NCBI RefSeq assembly: GCF_002571385.2
Contig: NW_019217875.1
Location: 89,527-153,526, forward strand
Length of the DNA: 64,000 nt
Reading direction: 5' to 3'
DNA from: Stylophora pistillata
Lineage: Eukaryota
The stretch's first letter is position 1. Each line of letters opens with the position of its first letter. Both the position numbers and the translations under genes were made by a program. The notes beneath the pieces are model-generated. The model saw only the letters and a program-made list of their open reading frames with translations. It searched no databases and was not told the DNA's origin. Below are positions 14,101 to 27,085 of the stretch, piece by piece.

Positions 14101-17100
14101 TCGCGCAGTGTAATATAGTTAGTAATGAGGGGTTTACGGTCAAGTCGCCCGAAAGTCATCTCGCCCGAAGTCATGTCGCCCGAAACCAGAGTCATGTTGC
14201 CCGAAATCCACAGCCATGTCACCCGAAATCCTATGTCATGTTGCCTGAAATTTTATCGAGTGTTTAAACTTGAAGAAAAGTAACATCTTAAGTAAATGGC
14301 AAGGAATAAACTCGTAACTGAAATGTTGACTCGTGAAACTCAGGTTGTTCGTTTCGCTGTTGTTTGATATCACGGAGATAGTAATCCTAAAAATAAAACA
14401 CGAAAATGGAAAAAAAAAATGGTAATATCAGTTACAGTATGGTTCTCACTGTTGTTGTTTTTTTCTGCGGAAGCATTCTGTTTCGAACGAAAGTTCACAT
14501 CACTACGGTTGGAACATTGGAAAACGCCGCCATCTTGAATACAGCACGTGCTCAATAATCATCACGTGGTTGCCAAGTTTAAGTTTAGTTTAAGTTTAAT
14601 TCATTCGCCACAGGAATGGGAGGAGAAAGGAACAGAACTTTCGTTCCAATTGACACCTAATCCCTTTTTTACCCCCCATCCCATCCTGGGGAGGACATCC
14701 ATCACACAGTAATCTCGTGTGTGGGAAATTAACGTCTCCTACCCCAACCCTGCAGGAGACGGGACCTCCATTTATCGTCCCTATCCGAGAAGACTAGAAA
14801 GTCTAATCATTTGCAGATATTTTTAAAAAGGCAGCACTTTCTTCTCAGTTAATTAAAGACCCTGAGTGTTGGTCCGGCCGGATTTGAACTCACGACCTCC
14901 CGCACAACAGTCCGGCGCTCTACCAATTGAGCTAACCGGGAGCCAAGCAAGATTATGACGTTGCGGTAATTTCAAACCAAGAGCACTTGATGTATTTTTC
15001 TGATATGTGTGAAAAATTCTGATAACTGAAAGTGTTCCGCTTATAATTACTAGAATCTGTGCTGTAGAATGATCAGTTTAGTTCATAGCAACGAACAACG
15101 CTCAAATGAACAGCGATATTTGAGTCTTTCTTTAACTTCTTATTTGCATAGGTTAGCGGACGAAAAAGTTTACGAGTCAAAATTTTACGAGGTTATTCCT
15201 TGCATTTTACTTAAGATATTACTTTTCTTTACTGAAAAATTTACTGACAGTGTTCCGCTTATAATTACTAGAATCTGTACTGTAGAATGAGCAGTTTAGT
15301 TCAGAGCAACGAACAACGCTGAAATGAACAGCGATATTTGAGTCTCCTGCAGGTTAGCGGACCAAAACAGTCTACGAGTCAACATTTTACGAGTTTATTC
15401 CTTACGATTTACTTAAGAAGTTACTTTTCTTCAAGTTTAAACACTCGATGAAAGTTCGGGCGACATGACTCAAAATATCGGGCTCATCCTCGGTGTAAAA
15501 ACCTGTGAAGCTCACGAGTGACGTAAAACAAAGACAACAAAACATTATAAACAATAGCGTAAAGCAAAACAATACCTCATGAAACAAAGAAAACCTCGTC
15601 AGGTTTATACACCGAGGATGACCCAAATATCGGGCAACATGACTATGAGTTTCGGGCAACATGACTCTGGTTCCGGGCGACATGACTTCGGGCGAGATGA
15701 CTTTCGGGCGACTTGACCGGTTACCAAAATGAACAAGCAAATAGGAATTAGTGGAGCTCATTCAAGCTTGTACTCATACAAGTGAAAGAAAGTTAAAAGA
15801 ATGAGGCACGTGTAAAGACAAGACTGTATTATAACCACTGGTATAATCATTTATCATTAGGAGCTAGTATAATTTTTCATCATTAAATTGATTATATATT
15901 ATTTAACCACTTAATAACATTATGATGGCACTCATTGTAAGCTATCTCCTACTAAATACAACATTGATTTTGCAATGTTTTAAAAAAGTGGATACGACAC
16001 CATCAGACTTTTCCACCAACAAGAAAAAGGGAACACAAAGCAAATCTGCAGTCATTGTATCTCAAGGAAAGTCAAAAACTGAAATTTGAGATTAAGCTGG
16101 CAAAGTTCTGGGCTTTTGGAGGTTATGTGCCGATTGTGACATGGATGCAAGGGATAACAATCAAATTAATGTAACAGTAGTAATTGGGGATTGATGACCA
16201 AGGTTTAGTTTAAAATGATTGTCCCATGATACTCTGAAATCAAACATCAAATTTCTGATTACGATGGCCCCTATGATACTTGGAAAAATTGCTGGGGTTA
16301 TGCATGTAAAATTCCTAATTCAAGACCTTAGTTTTGTCAGGAGCATGATTAAAAAAAAAAACGTGACACACTTTGTAAAATGTAGGTGAGATAAAGGGCC
16401 CAGTTGTTCAAAGGACAAATAATGCTATCCAATGATAGGTAAATAATTATTCTGTGGATAGAGTTATCCACCCTTTGAACAACAAGGGCCAGGTGTATAT
16501 GAACAAGATGTACATGGGCGCTGTAATATAAAAGGAAATAGTGACTACCATAATATTGACCTGATCAACATTTAACTACACTGTACTAGTAGCAAATATA
16601 TATATATTTATTTCAAATGTATAGAAGCAGAAATGTGATGGTCAAGAGGCCAACTCCAATGTAGCTTTGTTGGTTTATTTGCTGGATGTTTCGACTGTCT
16701 CAGTCTTCCTCAGGAGCATACTCATTCATGAGTATGCTCCTGAGGAAGATGTATGTATGCTCATTTATGAGCATCCTGTCTCATAAATGAGTATGCTCCT
16801 GAAGAAGACTGAGACGGTCGAAACATTGAGCTAATAAACCAACAAAGCTACATTGGAGTTGGCCTCTTGACCATCACATTTCTGCTTCTATTTACATTCT
16901 TTCAAGAGCCCACGATCACTTCAGTGATCCTCCAAGCAGCGCGTTTGAGACTGATCAGCATTGTTTGTGGTACCCCTTACAAGTTTCTACNNNNNNNNNN
17001 NNNNNNNNNNNNNNNNNNNNNNNNNNNNNNNNNNNNNNNNNNNNNNNNNNNNNNNNNNNNNNNNNNNNNNNNNNNNNNNNNNNNNNNNNNNNNNNNNNNN

Positions 17101-19109
17101 NNNNNNNNNNNNNNNNNNNNNNNNAAAATTTATTAGTTCTACACATTATGTTCAATGTTACACTTAATTAGTACTTAAGGGTATGATAGCCTGAAATCAA
17201 TCGAAGGTAATGAGGGTCCTAGCTTTCCTATACCTGGAACACTTTCAACTTTTAGAAGATTACCCTACATTAAATATTCAATTAATTATGATTCAAAAAA
17301 GACCCCATCTTACCAACTCTTTTTCTGTAAAAACTTGCACAGAGTATTTCTTAATAAATATAAGTCCACCTTGGATGTCAGGTAGAGAAAGGCTAGAATT
17401 GTCCCTGTATCAGAAACAAAAAAAATGTAAATATTTACATCTACTTTTCTAAGTACCAAGAATGAAAGCTTAAGTTTATAAAAAGTATGGCAACAACAAC
17501 AACAAAAAACTGTAAATGAAGGGAAGGTCATATCATTTATTCAGGCAGTAGTGTTATTAATACATAGTCATCAGTATCATCATATCTACAGAATATGTCA
17601 CTGCATAATTTTTGGAAAAGATGTGCACAAAAGATGAGCATGAAAGGAAAGAGGGAAAAGATGACAACATGAAATTGCAAAGACATTTAACCAGGGGCTT
17701 CCCTCTAGTAGAATGCACTTACTGCAAGATCTAGAATGACATCTATATCTCTGCCTTATTATTGTGTTCACAGATCTCTTTCTCTATCCTTTGTGGAATG
17801 AAATCTTTCCTCTAGTAATTAAAAGTGTTTAGACTGGGAAGGGTACCTTTTTTCAGAGAAGTATTCTCAAGATTCATCCCCTCACCACCCATGGGAGTTC
17901 TACAAATCCGAACAAACATCACGTAAAGCTGTGTCTAGCAGCACCCAGTGGCCCCTGGCATCTTACTTCTGCTCTTGGGCAACTCAGGAATTTTAGTGTT
18001 TTCATAAAAAGCATATGCTGAGAACCTTGGAGTTCACAGTTTCAGAGCACTGGGTTCCTTTCAATTTTCCTGACAGCACAGCCTTGAATCTCTCATGCTC
18101 ACCTTTGAAATTGCTCAATAGCTGGTGTTGAGAACAAAGCTTTCACAAAAAGTTTCTTGTCGCTGATAAATGCCACACTTTTGCAAGTTTCTTCAAGCTA
18201 AAATCATAACTCAAATACAGTTACTATCATTTGTCCTTAGGGTGATACAGAGGGTTTTCATTAAGACTGCTCCAACAGGAGCAGCTCTTTAATTAGCAAT
18301 TAAGACATGTCAGGTTTATTTTCAACCTAACTGATCATTTTTTACTGGAGAAAAAGAGGGGTTGCTGCCTTCTCCAACCCCTGCCCCCTCTGTACCCCTT
18401 TCTCCAAACACCCCTACCAATCTTATATTTCTGAAGCCCTCACATTCATTCATTCATAGAACATTTTGAAAGGGTCAGTTCTGATAGGATTTTTTGTTTA
18501 AAGGGATCATTGCAAACATCAGCAACCGAAAAACAAATCAAAGAACACAAATATGCATGAAATATTAACCCTTTTGCAACCAACATCTCAGTATGTTTGC
18601 CTTACAATTCCTATCATCTTAGTTCTGATAATTTGATGTTAAATTATTTCCCCTTTTCATATTTGATATTTTTTTCGTTATTTTCATTACTCGTCTCCTT
18701 GGCTGTGATTGTTTATATAAGGAGAAATTATTGATCGATCACTTCTAAGAGGAAACAGTTTGATCAAAATGCATTAATATTGTAAAATTCTCGTATAGAA
18801 ACCAACTCGATCTGTACAAAGAATAAAATATTTAAAAAATTAGCCTAGAATGTTTTCTAAAGGCATGGAAAACCTTCTTACAATGTCTTTGGGCAAATTT
18901 TATAAATATGTAACGCGATTTGGCGCCATATTTACACTTGCAGTTTCAACCCCTATAAACTGCACAGATGCTTAAAATAAAGAGCATTTAGAGAAAAGGA
19001 TTGCAATAAGTACCTTGATGACTTGCGCCCTGGCAATTTTGGGTAAATTGTTCGAATCTGTGCTCATCAAAGCTTTCTCGATCCATGGCTTCGCTATCCA
19101 GGACGCCAT
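11122..19109 (-). CDS. ACD: TPP1/ACD-like shelterin subunit (N-terminal Est3/TPP1 OB fold, long disordered S/T/E-rich tail), 576 aa, 5 exons
   Basis: Exons 19109-19014, 18197-18103, 17404-17314, 13462-13201 and 12308-11122 (1731 nt, open frame). Segments KPWIEKAL..RAQVIKL, AFISDKKLFVKALFS, GGLIFIKKYSV, AEFFIDIHHFKF and LQQRLRALW match in order the TPP1 OB-fold segments as I recall them (RPWIRELI, LVSDGTHSVRCLV, GRLLLLQDCGV, AEFYLQVDRFSL, VQKKLYDCL). Confidence 0.8.
12469..12525. mobile_element. 57-bp hairpin MITE with 9-bp target-site duplication
   Basis: CAACCTCGTTCCCAGGGTCTCTC...GAGAGACCCCGGGAACGAGGTAG flanked on both sides by TACAGAACG. A related copy lies at ~57444-57551. Confidence 0.75.
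12590..13060 (-). mobile_element. Penelope-like terminal-repeat remnant in a (TA)n site, with hammerhead-like motif
   Basis: Bounded by (TA)n runs. The reverse strand at 12942-12976 reads AACTGAAGAAGGTCTCTGATCGAAACGTT (CUGANGA core, stem II, GAAAC-GUH). Confidence 0.55.
13604..13779. mobile_element. MITE with CAGG...CCTG terminal inverted repeats
   Basis: CAGGCCTCGACACTAAC / GTTAGTGTCGAGCCCTG with CATGT on both flanks. Confidence 0.7.
14131..15725. mobile_element. Foldback-type non-autonomous DNA transposon with long inverted arms containing CATGTCGCCCGAAA subrepeats
   Basis: 14131-14335 is reverse-complementary to 15374-15475 plus 15630-15725. Internal ~220 bp direct duplication (15020-15240 vs 15242-15430). 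Contains a nested SINE. Confidence 0.75.
14578..14941 (-). mobile_element. tRNA-derived SINE, full length, nested in the foldback element
   Basis: Head with A box (TAGCTCAATTGG) and B box (GAGTTCAAATCC), (AAACTT)n-like tail, GCCAAG duplicated at 14572-14577 and 14942-14947. Same family as 62042-62295. Confidence 0.85.
16622..16890. mobile_element. Palindromic Penelope-like terminal remnant with two decayed hammerhead-like motifs
   Basis: Near-perfect ~100 bp inverted arms. CTGAAGA-AGACTGAGACGGTC-GAAAC at 16799-16824 and its mirror on the minus strand at ~16685-16712. Confidence 0.6.
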
Positions 19110-19759
19110 GACCAGATATGTGGCGTTACACTAGTGGCAAATGTTGGTGGCAAATAAAAGGGGGGAGGGGAGGTACAGTTTAACGATGGAGAATTGAATG
19201 GGTATTTGGTTTTACCAAGAGTACATGAGCTGCTCAAGCCCTCTTCGTTTTCATATAATGTCATCAAAATCCTGAAAGGAAAAAAAATAAACAAAAACAA
19301 ATAAATAAAAAAGGGAAAGCAAGGATTTTCAACACGTCAAAAGAGTCTCATCTCTGACAGGAAAAAAGGTTCCGTCGCAATGGCGGTCGGGGACTGATGT
19401 TCACACACTGTTAAGGATACTCAAACGATTCATTCAGTCTAAGTGGAATTTGATTTGTTTGTTACCAATTACTTTAGTTACGGATGTGGTTACGTTGTTG
19501 TCTATTCTCGATTGGTTTGTAATCAGATATTTTAGCGTCCCCACGCGCATATAAAAGCCTCGTTTAGCGTCCCTTTAGCCAGTGTAGGATTCTATTGTCG
19601 TAGCACTTTTAAACTCAACGTCCTCAACAGCATCAGCGGAAAGGCTCTCCTCGATAGCGCTATTTGTTGTTGTTGAGTCGGTGTCCAGATTTCTTTTCAG
19701 ACGCTCATCGCTCATTTACTGCTGGATCCGTCCTCAGAGAAGAAGGTGGTCGCTTTCTT

Positions 19760-20130
19760 GGTTAAGTACGCGGCCAGTTAAACTTCGTAGGAGAGATTTC
19801 ATTACGTCTTTTTAAAGACATTTTCCCACCAAATCCTTTTTGGTTTTCGCACAATTCGAAATAGAGTGAACATACTTTCGTGTTGTCGTTCCAGTTAAAA
19901 TTTTTGCCAGGATCTCTTTCTGATTTTAGCGAGCCAGACCTTTTTAAGTGACGCTTCTTTTGGAAAGCTAAAGAAACCAACTTTTTCTCTGCTGGGCCCA
20001 GTAGTTCTTTTTTGAGTACAATAAATGAGGAACGCAACAGTGTATGTTTGACCGCGAAGCCATATCTGTAAGACCCGCCGAGTCCTAAAATGCCTTGTTT
20101 CAGTTCTTGCCCCATTCTTTGGCTGAGCGG
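19760..20130 (-). pseudogene. Frameshifted THAP zinc-finger domain, probably a DNA-transposon relic
   Basis: Joining frames gives CTQKRTTGPSREKVGFFSFPKEASLKKVWLAKIR / RDPGKNFNWNDNTKVCSLYF...PTKF, the THAP pattern (FP..W..C-S-x-H/Y-F..PT) with at least two frameshifts. Confidence 0.75.
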
Positions 20131-20607
20131 CAGCCATTTTATTGAAATCGGTGTATAGTGCGCCACAAGCAAGCAATCGATGCACCTACCAAAACCGCTA
20201 AGCTACAAACTTGCAAAAGTAGCCCGTTATAACCTATATATTTACTAATAAACTTAGTGGCAAATATTAAATCAAATGATAATGAGAATTTCCTAGTTCT
20301 GGAGCCAGAGAAGTTGAGTAAAACTAAGAGATTGGTAACACACTTTTGTGAAGGAAAGAATCCATCTATTGTTGCTAAATCACGCCTCGGAGAGGTGTTT
20401 CGTCCCTTTGGCCGTTAAGCTGAGAATGTAGTCAGTGATCTGTAGAAAAATTAATCGATTAAGTTAATAGCAAATATTTAATTGCATGCTCCACAACTCA
20501 TAATTGGTTTTCTTTTTAGTAATCAACAACGTCAGATTAAGAAACTTTTTATACTGGCCAAAACATTAACAACTCGGCCGATAAACCAAATATCCTATTA
20601 TACTCCT

Positions 20608-20641
<34 letters not shown>

Positions 20642-20791
20642 TTCCCCTTAATTAATAAGCGCATGTGTTTGTTCAAAGTGGGACTAATAAAAAGTTGTTG
20701 CTCGTATGTATCAATTAATTGTAAACAAAACTTGGTATATTGGTCAAATGACACTAAGAAGCGCACCATTTTGAACGCCCTCTCAGGAAGG

Positions 20792-21995
20792 ATGGATCGA
20801 AAAAATCTTCAGCAGATGTTTGCCCTGACTTATCTCCTGTTCTTTCAGGTTGTGATCGGCGCAGATAATGGACATAAAATTGTAAGTCACCCAGCAGACA
20901 TGTTGGGTTCCTCATTTTTCGTAGCACACTCCGATCCTGAGTCAGAGAGGATTTTGGGTATTCGAGTACGGATAAGGATGGGATGTAGATATCAATGATT
21001 TTAACACTGTATGCAATTTCTTGAATAGAAGTTTACCTACGAGGACTCGCATGTCTGTTAATGATTACCGAGTTAAAAAAAATAAAAAAACATTAAGCTT
21101 CATATGTTGCTACAAAATTACAAAGTCATTCGCCTCTTGAAGAAGTCATCGTTGATCACAAGTCACCAAGGCACCACCTCTAGGATTTCTTCATCAAACG
21201 GCATGAAATAATGCAGTTATAATAAGCAACATAAAATAGCTAATCGAATTTTCTCTCAATAGGAATTACTGAAGAAATTCTGTTCAACTCAAGGCCCAGC
21301 GGGTCGAGATGGATTACCGGGACGAGATGGAGCACCGGGACGGGATGGACTACCGGGACGGGATGGGGCACCTGGACCTAAAGGGGAAGTGGGACCGCCA
21401 GGGCCATCAGGAGTCAAAGGAGACGCTGGGACTCAAAGGAGATGGAAACAGTGTTTTTGGAACCACATCAACTCTGACACTGATAATGGACGAGTTCTGG
21501 TATGCATGCCATGGAGGCAAATTGTTGAGTAAAGGGGAGGGGAATAACGGTCGCCATTGACAAGATTGAAAGGGAAGAGACGAAAAGTAATCCTTTTAGC
21601 TGCACCAATGCATCTGATAAAATTGATTTTTGGAATCTTCTTTTCAGGAATGTCCGTTTACCAAGGCTTCCCCAAACACATACCTCCGTGTAGTCTACAT
21701 GGGAAACATTCGCGTCACCGGTTGCACAAACTGTTGCATGAGATGGTTTTTTACCTTCAACGACAGCGAGTGCAGAGCACCCGCTGCCATTGACGCCGTT
21801 CTTTACCAGAATATCAACGTTAACTTCCATCGCTCGGCCAACATAGAAGGCTATTGCGCTGGAGTTGGCAAAGGCTTGGTTCGTGTTGGCTTGCACGTCG
21901 GTCAGTGCCGTGGCTTTGGCATTTTCAACGCCTACACTGGCTGGAATTCAGTCAGTAGAATCATCATTGAGGAATTTGAGCCCCCAGTTGCTTAA
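20792..21995 (+). CDS. CTHRC1: CTHRC1-like protein copy A, intact, 224 aa
   Basis: Exons 20792-20881 (signal peptide [24 protein letters not shown]), 21263-21499 (16 Gly-X-Y triplets then RRWKQCFW) and 21648-21995 ([34 protein letters not shown], the CTHRC1 C-terminal domain). All introns phase 0. Confidence 0.93.
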
Positions 21996-22649
21996 ATAAG
22001 CAATACCCTTTTCACCCAAGTGCATAGGTCTTGGTTCACCATAAAGGCAGTTGATGTTGTATTGTAATCGGGAGTAGCTAGAGTTAGGCTCATTGAATTA
22101 GCGCTGTCTCCATCATACAACTAGAGGTCATAACAAAACGTGAAAATAAATCTGCAAAGAAACTTATATGGTTTATCTGTTGTTTGATATTCACGACTAC
22201 AACATACAACCCTCAAAGCCAGGTTGACCATGATAGCCATGTTTTCCCCTTTGCATGATAATCTGCGGTTTAATACAGTGTCGACGTAAGCCTTGATCAA
22301 TGTGACATATTCTAGACGCAATGTGCCCCATTACATGACATAGCTTAGCTCATAGTATGTCCCAAGCTCGCAACAAGACCAAAAGAAATTTCGCTTTTTT
22401 TAAAATGTAGTATGCAACATCATGTGTAATAACTGGAGAATACTGAATCAACAAGCACTCTAAAAGGGTTTTTTAATTACCAAAAAATTAAATTTCTTGA
22501 TCTATCTGACAAAAAAACAATTGAGCTGTCATTAGAGAAAAAATTAATTAGCGGATATGCTTGTTTGAAGTAGAAGAACCAATATAGTATTAGTACAGAT
22601 ATATTAGTATATTAATTAAAGTAAAGTTTACTTATTCAAAAAGAAATGA

Positions 22650-23020
22650 TCAAAACTCTCTCAGGAAGGATAGCCAAGAAGGTGTCTAGTTGGTGATAAC
22701 TTCGACAAGCGGAAAATGGTGTCAATTTTGAACAAAAAGAGACAAAGACGATCGTATCTACTGCATCGATGAATTTAATAAAATATTTTGAATCTTATTT
22801 GAAGGAACGTCCGTTCACCTAGGCTGCCCAAAACACCTACCTTCGTGCAGCTTGTCTGTTCAAAGTGCTGCATAAGATGATTTTTTTACAAGCCTGTGTA
22901 CAGCCGCCCATTACCCTCCAAAAGAAAATCGGGCCCCTTCCCGATTCTATTCTGGAGGGTTGGAGGGGCGACAGTTCACATGCAAGTTTTTCACCCTCAA
23001 AGACATCGAATGTAAGGCTC
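22650..23020 (+). pseudogene. Highly decayed CTHRC1-like relic
   Basis: 5' UTR-like CTCTCTCAGGAAGGAT, then an exon-3-like stretch (ERPFT*AAQNTYLR..KCC..KDIECKA) with stops and a small hairpin insertion. Duplicated at 26288-26658. Confidence 0.7.
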
Positions 23021-24900
23021 GAACAACATTCTAAAACAACATCATAAGAATTGTATGATAGCAGACAGTAAGGGGAATTACTAATGAGATCTTGGGAGTG
23101 AATGGGTTAAAGAACATTTTTGATAGGAGAAAGAGAGAGCAAATATCTTAAATGTGAAAAATTCCAACAGCAACATGCCTTTGAATCTTGACTTATTTGC
23201 TGGGAGATAAAAAGAATCTCTCTCATTGCTGTCTCAAGGCCAATATTGCACAAAAAATACCGAGGGCCGATATTCTTCCAGTACGGTCCCGAGCAAGCTT
23301 GGTTAATAAGAGATTTATTATACGACTGAAGTTCAAAGGGACACAAGTGCGGCATCATTCGGGACCATTCGGGAAAGTGCCCGGTCCAATACTGACTGCC
23401 CGAGTCGTGTAATAAATTTGATTACAAGACTAGCAATTAAAAGTATTAGCTTGTCATGTTTTAAACCAGTTTTTCACAAGAATCAATAAGAGGGAGAATT
23501 CGTTTTTTATAGTCTGTTCGCTTACCTGAATCTGCTAACCTGAGGAGATAAACCTATTTTTTACGACCTGCCCCAGAAGTAAGTTTCCAATCACGTTTTT
23601 TGAAATTTGCTACTAGATTAAGACTTTATTTTCTGATTTCGAATTACAAATTTATTTCTTCTATATACGGTTTGTGGTCGTCGTCTGAGCTGACCAGTTC
23701 CGAGTAACTAATCATATAGTGCACTCCAGGTTTGATCGCATTGCATCGAGAAACTCTTGTGTTGGCAGTTAGTATAGCGCAGGAAAACATCAAATGCTTT
23801 TGGATCATATCAATTCTCATTTTTTTTTTACATGTCGGGTCGAAAATATCTGTGCAACTCATCAGTTCGAAAAAAAAAAAATCCCCCTTAACAGACCGTG
23901 TCACGTTAAACGTAATATGAAGATGTAGTTCCGTTTAAACTTGGCGACAGCGCCTTTTTTTCTATGCCTAGTGGTCATCATTTTAGACTTTGTTTTGGTA
24001 AATAATTGTCTCTAACATAAAACATGATGGGCTTGTTATTTAGACAAAGTTTAGCCGTTTCTTAACAAAACCGCGCTCAAGGTCATCTTCAATTTAGCCG
24101 AACCTTTAATTTGAACATTTATTTTTGTGAACGGTGGTAAAAGGGACGTAAGCTAATGGTGGAAGGACATTTATTCAAAAAAGTCAACCCTCTCATAGAG
24201 AATCTCTACGGCCCACTTCTTGTGTAAAATCACCGTTTGGATTAGACCTCGGTTAATAACTGGCCCATTATTCTTGAGTATATTTAAACATCTTTTTTAC
24301 TAAGATCAACGCTTTTTAATAACTCCTTTGTGGTTGGACCATCGCGCTAATAGTGCGGCCTCCTGAACGTCGACTTTGGCACAGGTTCCCAGCGAAATGA
24401 CGGTCAGGGAAATGCTCACTCACTTAAAAAATTACGTTTTTTTTTTTTCGCGAGGCATCTCCTTTCCTGTCTAGTTAAGGAATAAAAATACGAGTTTGTG
24501 TAAATAGTTGCATCTTCTTTATGGATCACTTTTAAAATAACTCAATTTTATTCTATTTCATTTGGCTATCTTATTTACCCTAAAACTAGATACTACGCTA
24601 TCTCGAAGCGTCATGTCACTGAGTCAAACAACTATTTGACGACGAGTAATAGTTCGTCCAAGACTGAGTCGGAAAACTTCAAACTAAAGCAGGCTACCTG
24701 GTTGTCTACACAATATCCCGACATGACCACAATTTTCTGGGGGTAGTAAAGTAGGCCTCTTGCNCATTCGCCTCTTGAAGAAGTCATCGTTGATCACAAG
24801 TCACCAAGGCACCACCTCTAGGATTTCTTCATCAAATGGCATGAAATAATGCAGTTATAATAAGCAACATAAAATAGCTAATCGAATTTTCTCTCAATAG

Positions 24901-25633
24901 GAATTACTGAAGAAATTCTGTTCAACTCAAGGCCCAGCGGGTCGAGATGGATTACCGGGACGAGATGGAGCACCGGGACGGGATGGACTACCGGGACGGG
25001 ATGGGGCACCTGGACCTAAAGGGGAAGTGGGACCGCCAGGGCCACCAGGAGTCAAAGGAGACGCTGGGACTCAAAGGAGATGGAAACAATGTTTTTGGAA
25101 CCACATCAACTCTGAGACTGATAATGGACGAGTTCTGGTATGTACGCCATGGAGGCAAATTGTTGAGAAAAGGGGAGGGGAATAACGGTCGCCATTGACA
25201 AGATTGAAAGGGAAGAGACGAAAAGTAATCCTTTTAGCTGCACCAATGCATATCATAAAATTGATTTTTGGAATCTTCTTTTCAGGAATGTCCGTTTACC
25301 AAGGCTTCCCCAAACACATACCTCCGTGTAGTCTACATGGGAAACATTCGCGTCACCGGTTGCACAAACTGTTGCATGAGATGGTTTTTCACCTTCAACG
25401 ACATCGAGTGCAGAGCACCCGCTGCCATTGACGCCGTTCTTTACCAGAATATCAACGTTAACTTCCATCGCTCGGCCAACATAGAAGGCTATTGCGCTGG
25501 AGTTGGCAAAGGCTTGGTGCGTGTTGGCTTGCACGTCGGTCAGTGCCGTGGCTTTGGCATTTTCAACGCCTACACTGGCTGGAATTCAGTCAGTAGAATC
25601 ATCATTGAGGAATTTGAGCCCCCAGTTGCTTAA
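24901..25633 (+). CDS. CTHRC1: CTHRC1-like copy B, exons 2-3 only (exon 1 absent, contig break at 24764); possibly an allele of A
   Basis: Exons 24901-25137 and 25286-25633 are open. Three amino-acid differences from copy A (GPS>GPP, SDT>SET, DSE>DIE). Confidence 0.75.
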
Positions 25634-27085
25634 ATAAGCAATACCCTTTTCACCCAAGTGCATAGGTCTTGGTTCACCATAAAGGCAGTTGATGTTGTAT
25701 TGTAATCGGGAGTAGCTAGAGTTAGGCTCATTGAATTAGCGCTGTCTCTATCATACAAGTAGAGGTCATAACAAAACGTGGAAATAAATCTGGAAAGAAA
25801 CTTATTTGGTTTATCTGTTGTTTTATATTCACGACTACAACATACAACCCCCAAAGCCAGGTTGACCATGATAGCCATGTTTTCCCCTTTGCATGATAAT
25901 CTGCGGTTTAATACAGTGTCGACGTAAGCCTTGATCAATGTGACATATTCTAGACGCAATGTGCCCCATTACATGACATAGCTTAGCTCATAGTATGTCC
26001 CAAGCTCGCAACAAGACCAAAAGAAATTTCGCTTTTTTTAAAATGTAGTATGCAACATCATGTGTAATAACTGGAGAATACTGAATCAACAAGCACTCTA
26101 AAAGGGTTTTTTAATTACCAAAAAATTAAATTTCTTGATCTATCTGACAAAAAAACAATTGAGCTGTCATTAGAGAAAAAATTAATTAGCGGATATGCTT
26201 GTTTGAAGTAGAAGAACCAATATAGTATTAGTACAGATATATTAGTATATTAATTAAAGTAAAGTTTACTTATTCAAAAAGAAATGATCAAAACTCTCTC
26301 AGGAAGGATAGCCAAGAAGGTGTCTAGTTGGTGATAACTTCGACAAGCGGAAAATGGTGTCAATTTTGAACAAAAAGAGACAAAGACGATCGTATCTACT
26401 GCATCGATGAATTAAATAAAATATTTTGAATCTTATTTGAAGGAACGTCCGTTCACCTAGGCTGCCCAAAACACCTACCTTCGTGCAGCTTGTCTGTTCA
26501 AAGTGCTGCATAAGATGATTTTTTTACAAGCCTGTGTACAGCCGCCCATTACCCTCCAAAAGAAAATCGGGCCCCTTCCCGATTCTATTCTGGAGGGTTG
26601 GAGGGGCGACAGTTCACATGCAAGTTTTTCACCCTCAAAGACATCGAATGTAAGGCTCGAACAACATTCTAAAACAACATCATAAGAATTGTATGATAGC
26701 AGACAGTAAGGGGAATTACTAATGAGATCTTGGGAGTGAATGGGTTAAAGAACATTTTTGATAGGAGAAAGAGAGAGCAAATATCTTAAATGTGAAAAAT
26801 TCCAACAGCAACATGCCTTTGAATCTTGACTTATTTGCTGGGAGATAAAAAGAATCTCTCTCATTGCTGTCTCAAGGCCAATATTGCACAAAAAATACCG
26901 AGGGCCGATATTCTTCCAGTACGGTCCCGAGCAAGCTTGGTTAATAAGAGATTTATTATACGACTGAAGTTCAAAGGGACACAAGTGCGGCATCATTCGG
27001 CACCATTCGGGAAAGTGCACGGTCCAATACTGACTACCCGAGTCGTGTAATAATTTTGATTACAAGACTAGTGATTGACATTAAT

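Noticed and set aside
14870-14941. tRNA gene (also 8775-8832, 38805-38880, 62240-62295)
   Set aside because: No intact cloverleaf. The heads continue into SINE bodies with tails or TSDs, or are fragments.
21309-21896. Recurrent ORFs such as [12 protein letters not shown]..., MQANTNQAF... and MTRLKGKRR...
   Set aside because: Shifted-frame or antisense shadows of the CTHRC1 exons; they recur only because the DNA is duplicated.
23107-23920. Short ORFs repeated identically at 26745 and 29595-30408
   Set aside because: They lie in duplicated segment Y and have no recognisable domain or splice structure.
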